Assembly (NCBI RefSeq): GCF_009914755.1
Contig: NC_060935.1
Source: the human T2T-CHM13v2.0 reference genome, Homo sapiens
DNA: 64,000 bases
Direction: 5' to 3' (one strand)
In this document: in pieces, positions 28,249 to 43,690 of the stretch
How the letters are laid out: each line of letters begins with the position of its first letter
How positions within the stretch are numbered: the first letter of the stretch is position 1
The notes under the pieces: model-generated
Told to the model about the DNA's origin: nothing
What the model saw: only the letters and a program-made list of their open reading frames with translations
Database searches by the model: none
Program-made: the position numbers and the translations under genes

Positions 28249-28856
28249 TTATACAGCACCTCTACGCATTGCTCCACATCTCTACTGTGTATGTATTCCT
28301 CATACTATACTTGTATAATGCACATAGGTGCCATATATGAATGCATGCCATTTTGTTAACTTATTTTCTTCTGTCATAGACAAACAAAATTCAAAGCAAT
28401 AATGACAAAAACCAGTGTTTCATTTCCTCCTCAAATGTGTAAAATCACTCGTTATGCTGCCTAGTAGAGGGGAAGAGTACGAAGAGGCCACTAGGTTAGC
28501 AAGGGCATGGAGTGATTTCAAGAGAAGATATAAAGTTTTCTTGCTCATTTTATAGTTATCAAAACTTTTTCTGCCAGTGAGCCCTGAATTTTTTGTACAC
28601 AATCTCTTGTGTGATTACATTAGCATTTCTACAGGTCTGAAAATATAGCAAAAACTGAAGTAATTGTTGGTCATTGGCTGAGGCTCAAAAACTACTAATT
28701 TTGCTAATTCTCAATTTTGCTAATTCAGAAACCAAGTAAACAAAAATATCTTCAACGACTGTTGTCAGTAGTTGAAGCCAAATTACTGACCTTCCAAGGC
28801 CACCCAGAATTATCACCATGATTTTCTGGATCATAATATTCATCTGATGTTATAGA

Positions 28857-29172
28857 CCAATGGTTGCCAAACTATATGGCCTGTGGGCTTAATCTTAGCT
28901 TGTACATTCTGCAAGCTAAGAATGATATTTACCTTTTTAAATGCCTGAAAAAAAACAAAAGAAGAAAAACACTTTGTGACATATGAAAATGATATCAAAT
29001 TTAAATTTTGATTTCCATAAGTAAAATTTGACTGGAACCCAGGCATGCTCATTTGTTTATGTGTTGTTTATGTCTCCTTTTGCTTTATAACAGCAGAATT
29101 GAGTAGTTACCACAAAGACTATGTGGCCCATAGCCTAAAATATTTACTATTAGGCCCTTTAAGTAAAGGTTT
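28857..29172 (+). mobile_element. MER58B-like hAT-Charlie element
   Basis: gccaaactatatggcc, agctaagaatg, gcagaattgagtagtt and gcctaaaatatttactat motifs. Confidence 0.75.
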
Positions 29173-30825
29173 TAATTCTTACTACCTTAGAGATTCCTAA
29201 TGAATCATGTCTGATAAACTGTTGGAATTGAAACAAACTTTGGAAATCATTTAGTGTTAATTTAAAGATCTCACACTGATAGAGCTATGTTACCTCTTGC
29301 CTAAAACCACGTAGTCAGTAGACGGAGGTGGTATTAATACTAGAACCCCAGTTACCCTGGTCCCAGTTTTTTTTCCTCCAGACTGCGTTTTTCCTCATGT
29401 AGAGTTTATCTTATGATGGGATAGGTGTTACATAGGCTGGAAGCAAGGAGAATTCATCAAAATTTTTCCAAGTTTTGATCTCATGTCTCATTCCACAACT
29501 GCAGTGCGGCATGCATCAATTTATGAATCCTTGGGCTTTCATTATTTATTTCAGCCCATTTGAACTGCCTTCTGTTTTCCATTTTTCTTACTTCTCAGAA
29601 AGTATATGGCCATCATAAAGAAACTTTCTCACTTTTATGCTCTTTCTCTCTTTCAAAAATTTTTTCTCTTTCTCCTTCTATAAAGGATTTTGGAGGTGAC
29701 TGAATTTCTATTCCAGCCTAAAGTTCTTAAAGGAAGTGAGGATGGTTACAAAAACAGAGAGCACCTAGTTTTGACGCTGGAATCCACAATGGGCCATATA
29801 TGTGGAGAGGAGAGGGAGTGTCCTAAATTGTGTGTGTAGTGTACATGAGCATATATGGGCTTTTCCAGGGAGAGTATTCATAGCTTACATAAGATCTGTA
29901 AAAGAGTCCATGACCCAAATAAGATTTGAAACTATAGATGTAAAGGAGATATATTTTGAGGAGAAAACCGCCCAGATGTGTGGTGGTGGAGATCGATCCA
30001 GGTTCCCAGGACTGTTGGACCTCACCCAATATGAGGGGAGAGCTCTCCACCCACTTACATCAGCCCTTCCAAGCCTTACCTTTTCTGCCACATATAGAGA
30101 TGATAAAAATTCATCAGATTCACAGAATGATTGAACTCAGATGGTGATGAAATCTCAGTATAATTCTTTCCAAAGAAGGTTCTGATTAATAGAAACTGTA
30201 GAGGAACTAATTTTATGAAAATAGCAAATGGGATTGTTTCATTGAAGCAAGCGGGAGAGCAGGAGCTGATGCCAAGCAGGAAGATGCAAACAACCCCATT
30301 GTGTGGAGCTGACAGCTCCAATCTTGCCGCTTATTTATTAAATGTCTTTCCGCTGTAAATTATTAAGCCTGGATTTTGGGAGATGTGGGAGCTGACAGAA
30401 TAAGACAATAGAACGGAAAGCAAACCTGGAAAGCTTCCTTCAGTTTTAATGCAGTATTGTACTTTCTGAAAAGCCTTTGCCCCCCTCTGGTGTTGGAGAA
30501 GGGGGAGGATTCTCTCTTTGGTGGGACTCAGAGATGGATAAGACAAGTAACAGACTTTTAATTTCTGAATTACTTGCCAGTTCTTGAATGGTTTTCAGAG
30601 AAATCAGAATGGTTTTCAGAGAAAATTCAACCTTTTGGCTCAACATCTGAGTGCCAGATATTTTGTCTATTCTCTGAAAGGGCTGTTTCAGACGAGGAGC
30701 TTGGTTTGCCTTAACATTATGAAGTGCCGAATTACATGTTTTAGGGTGCTCAGCGGCCAGAGGATTGGGTTCATTTGGCTTATTGTGTAGCTGAGAAGGT
30801 GTCTCACTGTGGGAAAGAGTTCTAA

Positions 30826-31185
<360 letters not shown>

Positions 31186-31427
31186 TAAGCTAAAGAGTAG
31201 GAAAAGACTGATGGACAGAGAGGGAGCTGAACTTTAAGCTTGGCATCATTTGAAAAGCTGGAGTTCTGGTAAATGGGAGAGTAGCTACTTTATGTGAATT
31301 TTAGGTTCAATTTTTAGTCCTCTGTTTTCCTGACAGCATAATGGAGGTCAGTGGGCCATATTTCTTGGCCAGGCACCAGGCAAGTAACAGTATGTGCATT
31401 AGTATGGATGCATAAGAGGAAGGCCCT

Positions 31428-31970
31428 TCATTCATTGTGTGTCCATTCATTTGACAAATATTTATTAAGTGTTACTGTGTGCTTTGAATTGTTCTGGAAA
31501 ATGGGGATAAAGAATGAACAAAACCAAGTCCTGCTCTCATGGAACTCACATTCTAGTGGGAGAAGCCAGATAATCAACAAATAAATGTGTCAGCTATCTG
31601 CTGGTTTTCAGTGCTATGAAGAAGTAAAGTGAGGAAAAAGAACAAAGAGTGATGAAGGGGCATGTAGGGTGAGAGGGCACCATTTTACATAAGGTGGTCA
31701 AGGCAGACCTCTCTGATAAGGTGACATCTTAGCAGTGACCTGAAGGAAGTGAGTGAGCTCGTAGCTATTGGGGGAAGACCTAAGGGTTGAGCAGGCATAA
31801 GAGGCCCTGAGACAGGCAGGCACTGGGTGTACTCCAAGAACTGCAAAGTTGGGGGAGGATCTCCATAGAGGGCCCTGTGGGCCACTGAGGGAGCTTGAAC
31901 TTTCTTCTGAGTAAGATGGGAAGTTGAAGGAGTTTTGAGCAATGGTGTGACAAGATCAGACTTACCAAAA
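31428..31970 (-). mobile_element. L2 LINE 3' end
   Basis: cattcatttgacaaatatttattaag, ctcatggaactcacattctagtggg, gaggagttttgagca motifs. Confidence 0.8.
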
Positions 31971-34900
31971 ACCAAAAAGAAAATGTAAAGCCCAATAACA
32001 GTTAATGCAGTCTATGGTCAGGGGGGCCTAATTCCCACAATACCAAGCCCTTGGATGATTCCTCCCCACCATGTGGAATGGGAAGGCTCATTTCAGTTCT
32101 CTGGAGGGCAGGCAGGATTTCTCTGTTATCTGTAAAATGACATCCTTTCCTGGAGAGTGCCAAGGGTGATGATAATCTGGGGTTAATGTCCCTTTGTTAT
32201 ATACAATAGGAGGAGGATATAAAGCCATCAAACATCAAAAGAGAGAATCTGTCCCCATTGGCCCTGCCCAGCCGCTGGGTTTACCATCTGAGCATCTTTT
32301 CTAGGGAGCAGATATCAACTGGCTGGCCAGAGGAAGATTCTGTGGGTTCTGATCCCTTTGGCTCTTGCAAAGGAGAGGACCTATGCCTCAGAGGCAAAAT
32401 ACCAGGCAACAGTTAGGGGGATCTATATTGCAAACTCGGCTGGAGCCTGTAGAGAAACATTTGGTGGTGGGGGTTAGGAAACTCATGATACTTTATGGGA
32501 AAGTGTAAGAGTATTAGAAGAACCACAGGGTTCCTGTATCAGCAGATGTCTTGAGGCATCGTTACAGCCCGTGACAAGGCTGAGCCCGCACTTCCTTATG
32601 AAATTTGAAGTTCACTGTGCAGCTGGAAAGTATTCCCATTCAGGTGGGTTCACACCAATGACCACTGTCTATCTGTTCTATCCCACAGAAAGGTATTTCA
32701 GAACAAGGTCAAGCTGAAGCTGTGAGTAGTGTGACCACTGTTCTTGAGTTGTGAGTAAGAGGACATGGCCAGACTCAGAACTGAGAGATTTTAAAATATG
32801 GGGACAAATCTTATTTGAGCTCTCAGCTGCTCAAATTGAAAAGCTTTTTTACAGATCAGTGCTGTATTCTAGGACTGAAAGGCCAAATAATTGGGATGGA
32901 GATCTAAGAGCTAAATCCGGATTAGGAATAGAATATTTGCAGAAGCTCACAAATACCTAGGTGTGGCCCAGCTTGGGAGTGTAGTCTCACAAATATTCCA
33001 CTTTTTCTTTCTTTTCTTTTTTTTTTTGGTGAGTGGCACTGTCCATAAGGAAGAGAAGAAGCCTTGAAGATTTCAGTTCTGGGACTTTCTGCCCCAGAAC
33101 CCTGTTTTGCTAACCTCTGTGGCATCATGCCAAACAATTCTCAATGGAAAATATTGACATTATGAGTTTGCTACAAAAACTCAGAGACCCTGAAGGCAGT
33201 AGATGTGATTTAAATTAATAAATGATGATACATGGACTCACTGCTTTGATTACATAGCCAGTGAGGCCCCCAGGTTGAGACAGTCAAGGGGCATTAGCCA
33301 GCATGTAAGCAGGGGACAGGGAGAAGAAAGGAGGGGAGTGACAAAGGGCAGGAGACTTGAGCAATGAAGAGAATGAAGCCAAACCCCCTAAAGAAAAAAG
33401 GAAGCCCAGTGTGCAGTACTTTAGGTGGTACATGGTTGAGAGGGATCGCCATGCCTTCAACTGGTCAAAATTTCCCACACCCTCTATTTCTGAAGGTCAT
33501 TGCCCACTGGGTAGACTCCAGATTCTGCCTGATCCCTTGGTCATGTTTTGACCTAAGGAATAAAGGCCTGATGCAATTCACTTCAAAAGCTGAGCATTCT
33601 CCCATCCATCAGGCAGAATCTAGAAATGGGGGATAGGGAGATAAGACACAGCCCCTTTCTTCACATTGTTCACATTCCACTGTGTGACGCAAACAAGAAA
33701 AACCAAGAGGTAGCAAATTGAGGGTGCTTCCTAGGTACAAGGAGGAAACTAGAGGGCTTGGGGATGGCTTCCAAGGTGACATTTCCAAGGTGACACAGCC
33801 TCTCTGGATGAATGCATATTAGCCAAAGTGAGCAAGTGGGAAAAGGTTCCAGGCACAAGAAATAGCATGTGCCAACACTGAGTGGTGTGAGAGAGCATGG
33901 CAGAACAGGTGCTGGGCAAGCAGCGTGGAATGTGTTTGGTATGGGGTGTACTGGGGCTGAAAGCAGGGGAGGCAGTAGAGGCAGATGATCAGGCAGGAGG
34001 TCGTTGGGATCTGGATCACAACAGCTTAAATGACATGATAAGGAATTTAGACACTATCCTGCAGATTCTGTTGAGCCACTGAAAGATTTTACAAAGGAGG
34101 GTATTTATGCTTCATAAAACAAAACAAAACAACAAAAAACCTCTTTTTCCTTGAATCGCTTATCTAGTCTTTGACCTCTGCTTGAGCATGTTCAAGGCTG
34201 GGGAGCTCCCAACCCCCCAAAGCTGCCCACTTCACTGTTGGATGACCAGAAATTTTAGAAAGTTCTTTCTTACACTGAGCCAAACTCTGTCTCCTCACAA
34301 TTCCTACTCTTCCTGTCTAGTTTTACCATTTGTAGCAACACATAAAAGGCCATTTAAAAATACATGAAGACGCCTCTCAAACCTTCCCTTAGTTTTCAGT
34401 TTTTCAAGTGTCCAGGTTTCCACAGAGCTCCCTCATTCTTTGTCTATTTCATGGTTTCTAGACTCCTTTACCATTCTAGTCACAGTTTTCTGGATGAACT
34501 GTGCTTTATTAATGTATCTTCTAGAATCTTGTGGTAGAATTGCTCATAATACTTTAAATCGGCCCTGAAAGGCAGGAAGTGCAGTGATGCTACTACGATG
34601 CTTCTTCTGAGCTGGACGCCTATGACCATTAGTGATTCCAATGTCCTTAGATTGTTACTGGTCACATCTCACTGCTTTTAAAGCTTTTGATTAACCAAAG
34701 CATCTAACTCTTCTGCACATTAGTTGCTGCCATGTCAAATCTCCACCATACTTGGTATGTGCAATTTATTTTTTAAATTTACATGTAGGCCTTTACACTT
34801 ATTTAAATTTTACCTTGTCAGTTGGAGCCCAACATTTGAGGCAGTTAGACTCATCTTTAAAGTCTTATTTTTCTTTCCTATGATATCAGTATGTCTCATT

Positions 34901-35417
34901 TCACATCTGATAAAAATTCTTTGTATGTTTTAATCCAAGTCACTAATAAAAATGCTGCCTTGGATAGAACTTGGTAGCATTGGAGACCTCCTCCCAGTAT
35001 GTGTTCAGGCAGCTTCAGTTTTCCTAATGACGCACTGTACAACATTATTCACAATGTTGAAGATTTATTAAACATTCTGTTGAAATCCTGAGAGATTTAT
35101 TAAATATTCTGTTTAAATGAAGTTACATCATATTTGGTATTTCCTCTCATTCACATCAATAAACATATATTGGTTGGTCTCCTATCTTCTAGGTTCTTTG
35201 TTAGGTGTTGTGGAAACAAAAATGACCAAGATATTAGTTTTGTCTTAAAGAGATGACATCTAGCAGAGGCGACAGACATATAAACACCAGATCCAAATTA
35301 ATACAGGTATAGTTAATGTATGTGTTACCTCTAATTTGCATTAAAGGGATAGATATAGATGATAGATAGAAATATACAATATAATAGATAATGTATCATC
35401 TCATATGTATTATATTA

Positions 35418-35865
<448 letters not shown>

Positions 35866-37020
35866 GAAAATACATAGGGTTTTTGTGAGATAAGTAGAGA
35901 ATGGAGATAGGAAGAAATTCCAGAGTGGAGAAATAGGAGAAGCAAAGCATAGAAAAGTGAATGTCTTTGGCATGATTCAGAAATAGCAAATATTCTAGTG
36001 TGAGTTAAGGACCAGGTTCAGGGAAATGAGTGTCAAGAGCTGAAAAGTGTGTGAAGGGTCTTGAATGCTATGATAAGGAATTTTGGCTTTATTCTGTAGG
36101 TGAAGGGTTTAGCTAAGTCAGAAGTATTTAAGCAGGAGAGTAAATAACACAATCAGATTGATCAACTTCATAACTCTATTGCACAAGGAAATAAGTTCAA
36201 TTTAGCAAAACTTATTCTTAATGAATCCACTTTGGTTCTAGCATGAATTGACCACTAAACATCTGATTAACGAGTACGTCAAACTTTTTGTGTGTGTTTT
36301 GCCCTGCTATTATGTTTTTCCTGACTTTCACTTTGACCTGTTGGCCTCTTGGCTTTATTTTTCCCTTAGGCATCTGGGTTCTGCATTCCCTTGATTTATT
36401 TGTCCACCCACAGCTTGCTCTGACCTTTATTATTTAACGTGTCCTCTGACTTTGGCTCACTTACTGGATTCTGAGCCACGGCAATTCCTTGACCTCAGTC
36501 CTGGATTTGCTTCTGCTTTGGAATTCCCACCTGATTTCAGTTGCCCAATTGTGCTGTGACCTCTGCATTCTGTCCTGCCTTGGATCTAACCTGGTCTCAT
36601 CCTTTGTGTTGCTGTCTCTGCCTCAGTTCTTCTAGTCTAGCTCCCCAGCCCGCAAGTTATACACACTGTTTGCTCACCTGGGCTCCAGTACTGGCAATAA
36701 AATGTAACCTGTCCTTTCTAGAAGCTGTGGTGTGGTTGAAGAGATAGTGCTAACATGCAAGAAATTATAAATTCTAACTGATTGCCAAATTGGACGTGCT
36801 AACTGAAAGTGTTATACGAACTTAGAGAAAAGACTGAACTGGGAAATTCAAGACCCTTAGGAGTAATGTTCCTTTCTAGGCAACTTCCTTTCTGAAAGAT
36901 TTTGCTATCTGGAGCACGGGCTTTTCTTTGGAAGGAGAAAGGGAAATGTAAGGCAGGACTTCCTCTGGACTTTCCTATCATTGGTTCCAAAGCTGCCTAT
37001 CTTTGAGGAGCTACCTTGTC

Positions 37021-37039
37021 GGTGCCACCTAGTGGCTGC
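37021..37039 (-). promoter_or_regulatory. Candidate CTCF site
   Basis: Minus strand reads GCAGCCACTAGGTGGCACC, a close match to the CTCF core CCASYAGRKGGCR. Confidence 0.65.
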
Positions 37040-37487
37040 TGCCACCAGAAATCCTACCCGCCTCAAGGAGAGAGCAATTTAACGCCATTTCCAACTTAAG
37101 CACCATATCTACAGGGCGTGAAATTAGTTCCAGCAAGCAGCAAATTTGCTGCTAATAAAAATATTTAGCGATTCACTTGTCTTTAAATCAGCAGCAGAAT
37201 ATTCTTTTACTTGCATCAGTGCTTGTTTCTCCCAATTCTAATATTTGATAATCAAGCTAGACGTGTTTAGCTAAAGCTATGAAACAGCAAGTTCTTCAGT
37301 TCTGCAAAAATTTTTTAGTTTCCTGAGCAAGAATTTTTATTTCCTTTTTTCTCTTTGTCAGAAATAGGCCTGGGTGTTCCTTGGATCATAGAGATGGAGC
37401 ACTTCCACTGATTTCAGAGTCTTAGAAATAAGCTTTCATTCTCTTCTGTCTGCCAACATTAGCTCCTGAGTCACTGCATGTGGATAA

Positions 37488-37822
<335 letters not shown>

Positions 37823-38092
37823 TAAAACTACTTTTTCATTAAAGTCGACGAGTATTTATTGGGCACTTTCCATGTGCATCCATTGTTCTAGGTCCTGTTT
37901 GGGGTCAGAAGTGTTCCAAGAAGCCCAGCATGACAGCCAGATGAGAAACTGACATGGCAGATGACACCTCTTCTCCAGGTTGCTGGAACAGTGGGTCAGA
38001 TAGACTTCTATGTATTTTTCTTCTCCTTAAGGAGCTCATAGAAGGAACAAAGTGCATCGGACATTCTACCCTTCATCAGTTTATTAGTCTAA

Positions 38093-38441
<349 letters not shown>

Positions 38442-41037
38442 CCAATAATCTTAAAAAAGAGTATAGTGGCCCCATGGTAACTCTGTCTTCTGCCCCAGAA
38501 CAGCCCTGGCTGGATTATCCTCCTGGTAGAAATCAATTTTGATCATCCTGGCAGGAAATCAGGATACAGGGCAGCTTCAGACAGGAGTACCACATCCTTC
38601 TCAGAAATCAACCAACATGAGATGCTGAGTGAAAGCTGGTCTCTTGGTTAAGAGACGGATGTAGGCAGGGCTGGTAACAAGTAGTTAGAATCAAAGACTC
38701 AAACTAAACCTGCTAGCTAACACCAGCTTCACTGATGGAGATACCAGAGCAGGTAGGTTGCAGAGAGGTAATGACATTTGACAATGGTCAAGAGACCAAC
38801 ATGGAGGTTCTCATTGGAGCCTCCAAAATGGAGGCTCTCTTGTTGGAGCTACAATGGTTTGGGGATCAGAGCATCTGGGCTCTATTCTTGGCCTTTTCTC
38901 TCAAGTTCATGACTCTAATACAGCCCCTTCTCCCCTTTGGCATTAGTTTTCTCATCTATAAGAAGGGGTAATGAATTTTACTCCCCATCCCAGGTCCCCT
39001 TACTGCAGTATGAGAAGGGTGAGATAGGGACTATTTTAAAGGGCTGTGAGAGAGTCTCCAGAGAGGGCTGTGATGAACATCTGTATTCCTCATGGAATGG
39101 ACAGCCCAGGAGGATGGTACATTTAAGTAAGACAAAGCAAGACTCTTCTAATGGTAAGAGATGTAAGACCAGTAAATTGGATCACGTGCCCTGGATGATA
39201 TGTAATTCCCTCATAGTGCTCTAGCCTCAAAATCCCAAATATTGGTGAGGATCTCCCAAAGCTGCTAATGTCAAAAACTTTGATTTTACTGTAGTTAAAG
39301 TGATGGAAATCATTAGCTTTAAATTACTGGGGAAATATAAAAGATGATTTGAGGGGTAAGCTCTATCAATTATGTACTTAAGCAAGAACCAGACTCAAGA
39401 TCAGGAAAAAAAAAATAAATAAAACCAAATACGTTCATAATTAGAATAAAAATGTTCTCCAGTCCTGGTCCTGTCTTTCTCACATGTCCATATGTAATCA
39501 AGAAAGGCTTTCCAAGAGTGAATATCCAAGGAAACAGGTAACTTGGTGGATGCAGATTGAACCTAAGGCATCTAGGATGGAGCAGAGCAGAAGTCCACTG
39601 GGGAGCAGGGAACATAAGCAGCAGATAAAGGAGCTATGAGAAGAATTGGAGAGAAAGGAGGGAGCTGGCAGATGAAAGCCCTGGGGACTTCTGTGAGTCC
39701 CTTGACCCTAGAGGCAGAGCTGCCAGAGGCTGAAGAGAGGAACGAGGAGACCAGAGCAAGGGTGCAAGCTCTTTCTGCAGGGCAGCCTGGTCCGTTGGCA
39801 GTCTCCCAGTTGCTTCTCATCTTAACGTCCTTTAGGTCAGTGGTTTGCTTCTCCATTTCCCATTCCAGCAGCTTTACCTTAGCCAGCTACCACACAGGCA
39901 AGAGATCACAAGCCTACAGCCCTCTTGCTGTCGGGTGCCAGAGTTGGGTCAAAAGTCATGCAGATTCTGTGGATGAATTAAGGTGTCTAATTCATGTATG
40001 TTTCTCAGTCATTTCTCTTGACAGCATGAATCATGGGCCAGTCATCAGGATTCCCAGAGTTCTCCTTGACGGATGCACATGAAAGGTAGTGCCTTAGCAG
40101 CACCTCCGCAAAGTCCTGATAAACTCAATCCTAGGAGGTTGGTAATTCCAAACCTAGGCTGAGCAGAGCACATGATCAGGGATCAGTAGTCAAAAAGGCC
40201 TTTATGGATAGAATGAATAGTGCTCAGGGGCATTCACTTATTCTGCCATCTCAGAAAGGGACACGGGTAATGCGTTGGTTCATAAAACAGGCTGGGCATT
40301 TGCAGAATTTCTAAGTGGTTAGATTGATGATCTTCATTAAAACTAGTTGTCTCAGAGGTCATAGATCAAGTACTGTAGTTTTTCTTTAAGGCAAGTTTGA
40401 TCACCTCCCTGCTCCTTAGCATCAAGGATATGGATTATTGAAATCAAGACTGGATATTGTGTATGAAGGGGAGGAGATATGTGCAGTACGAGACTGTCAA
40501 AAAAAAAAAAAAACAAAAAAAGCCTCTGCTGGGACACAACACTCAAGAATGGGAAGGTCATTTGAAGAGTGTCAAAATGAGAAATAGAAGCAACTTTTAG
40601 AGGTCCCTTAAAGGCAGCAAGGCATCCTAATAATAATACAGGTACTCTTGTCCAACTGCTTCGGTTGGAATCCTGGCTCTACCCCTTACTGGCTGTGTGA
40701 TTTTACTTTACCTCTCTGTGTTTCTGTTTCTTCATCTGGAAAACTAGAAAAAAGTTACCTACCTCAAAGGTTAGTTTAAGAAAGTAAATGTTAGATATTA
40801 ACACCTTTAGTGATTGACCCATAGCAAATGTTTGCAAAGCTCCTCAAAATGAACCATTCTATTTATATAGGCTCTCTCTGCTTAGTGTAACTAGAAAACT
40901 TAAAAAAAAAAACCCAATTAGATTGACTACACATTTACGCTATTTAAGCTTGAGGGACAGGCTATACAGCTGCTGGAAAATTGTACCTATTTCTTGTTGA
41001 CTTTTAGTGAAATTCCCTTAATAATTGTTCATCTAAA

Positions 41038-41621
41038 GCATGGTTTCTCAACCTTGGCACTATTAACATGTTGGGCAGAATACTTCTTTGCTGTGGGGGT
41101 TTTTCTGTGTACAGTGATCTCTCCCTTAGTTGCAGAGGATATGGTCCAAGACCCCCAATGGATTCCTGAAGCCACAGACAGTACCAACCCCTATATATAC
41201 TATGTTTTTTCAATCTGTTAACTAAGACGGCTACTAAGTGAGTAATGGGGCAGCAGCAGATACAGCTAGATACACTGAAAAAAAGGATGATTCACATCCC
41301 TGGCAGGATGGAGTGAGTTGGTGCAAGATTTCATCGTGCTACTCAGAACAGCTGGCAATTTAAAACTTTTGAATTGTTTATTTTTGGAATTTTTCTCTTA
41401 ATATTTCTGGACCACAGTTGACCGTGGATAATGGAAACTGTGGAAAGTAAAACTGGGGAAGGGAAGGCTCTACTGTATTTTGAATTGTAGGGTGTTTAGT
41501 AGACTCCCCGGCCTCTGCTTACGAGATACCATGTCCCTTCCTGACAACCAGACATGTCTCCAGACATTGCCAAACATCTCTTGGGGGCAGGCGGCAAAAT
41601 CACCCCTGGTTGAGATGCACT
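41038..41621 (+). mobile_element. MER20 hAT element split by a Tigger-family insertion
   Basis: tttctcaaccttggcactattaacat at the left; tctccagacattgccaaa and ctggttgaga at the right. Confidence 0.8.
41112..41475 (-). mobile_element. MER44-like (TcMar-Tigger) MITE
   Basis: TA|cagtga...tactg|TA termini; ccaagacccccaatggattcctgaa and gttgaccgtggataatggaaactgtggaaag motifs. Confidence 0.75.
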
Positions 41622-42906
41622 ATTTTCTTTCTTCTTCAAGTTTGCAATCTCACCTTCAGAAACCCACTTTCGGTTGATAATTATGTCTCCTGTTTTCCTT
41701 AAAAAGACGTCATCTGATCTAGGTTTTAAAAATATCCCTTTCTTACCATTCAAAATTCTTCCAGATAGTCACCCAACCCTTCCTCTTCTCCTTTAGTCTA
41801 GAATTGCCCTCTTTTTCAAGACGAATCACCGCACGTACATCTTTCCTTAAAGTCCATCCCAGCCATGCTGGCCGCCCGCTGTCAGTTACAGCGCTTCTCT
41901 GCTTCTTAGTCATCTGGCTTAGACACCATTTCCACTTTTTTTTCCCAAACACCTTTAAGACCTTTAGTTATCTTCATTAAGCTACTAGCCTTTTTTTCCC
42001 TCCGTTTAATCATCATGTTTATCTGAAAACTAGACATCAACAACAGCTAGTCTTTGTGGAGCACTTACAATGTGCAGGCGTCGTCAGGGAGGTGCAGGCG
42101 CCTCAGCCCCCGTGGTATCTTGACTTCTGCGTTAACTGGCTTTCCACCCTTGCCCAGCACGGTTACTTTCTCAATGATCACCGAACCGCGCAATCCGACG
42201 GCCGTTTCTTGGTCTTCGCTTCTTCACCGTCTCTAAAGCTCTTAACACTGTTGAGCACCCTTTGGTTGAAACTGTTTCTTCCCTAGGATTTTAATTTCTC
42301 TGGGATTCAATTTAGTTAGCTGAAAGTTGGAGGATTTAATTTAAGTAAGTGATTTCTAAGACCTCCTTTGGTGCCTGAATCCTATACATTTAAAAGCCTC
42401 TTGGTTTCTGTTTGCCAGACAGCTGCGCTCAGAATACCCTACTTCAGAACCCCAGAGGCCCAGGAGAGGGGCGGGCAGAGGGGCGCCCCCGCCACCGGGC
42501 ACTGCTGAGGTGACCTTTATCTAGATCTTCCGTGCAAGCCTCTAACATTCTCAAGCTTTGCTTTTTTCCCCAACCACTGTCATTATTCAAACACAGGCTG
42601 AAAACGATAGAGTGATTTCTTTTGTTTATGTGTGTTTTATGCTTCCCTTTCCCTTGCTGTCCACGTAATCAGCCCCCAAATCCAGCTTCCTGAGCATGTC
42701 TGAACTCCATCTCCTGATTTTCATCTCCGGCAGCCATTATCCTAACCCAGGGCTCCTTATCACCCTTTTAAAATTAATTTTTACTTACAGCATTTAACTC
42801 CATATTTTCTAAAAGAAAATTCTGCTTCTAATTGTTGATTTCCACCCCCCAACTTTGACATTATTGTTACCTTCTTCCTCTGGAAGATGATAATTTAACT
42901 CTCTAA

Positions 42907-43458
42907 CACATATGACACACACACACATATATATATACACACATAACACATATATATACACGCATAACACACACAACACACACATATATATGCACATATA
43001 AGAAACACATATATGCATATAACATGTAACACATTTATACACATACAACACATACACATATATGCATATAACACGTATATAGGCACATATACCTACACAA
43101 CACATACACATATATACACATATAACACATACATACATACACATGCAATACATACACATATAATACATACTCATATAATACATAAATACACATAACATAC
43201 TTATATTAACACATAATACATACATATATGCATATAACACATACATATACACACATAATAAATACATATATACTTATAAAACATACATGTATACACATGT
43301 AATACATATATACACATATAATACATGCATATATACAAATATACATAAATATATACACATAATACATACATATATACACTTATAATACATATATACACAT
43401 ATAACACATACATATATACACATAAAATACATACATATATAAACATATAACACACACA

Positions 43459-43503
<45 letters not shown>
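42907..43503. repeat. Compound (CA/TA)n low-complexity tract ending in a pure (TA)~20
   Basis: Direct reading of the sequence; explains the Y/V/C/M-rich spurious ORFs. Confidence 0.95.
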
Positions 43504-43505
<2 letters not shown>

Positions 43506-43690
43506 TTCTCCCTCAATCCTCCTAATTTAGTTACTCTATAATTTTTGGTCAAATTGGTATTCAGTATTCATAGTATTGTGACTATGGAAATACTGCCTAT
43601 AACTAAGTCATGTGGTATACCGTGATTACATTTCCTTTCTTGTATGTTTTCTTTTTTTTTTTTTAGTTGGTTCTTTGTTCATTTGCTTAG

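Noticed and set aside
42809-43552. Y/V/C/M-rich ORFs
   Set aside because: Translations of the (TA/CA)n low-complexity repeat.
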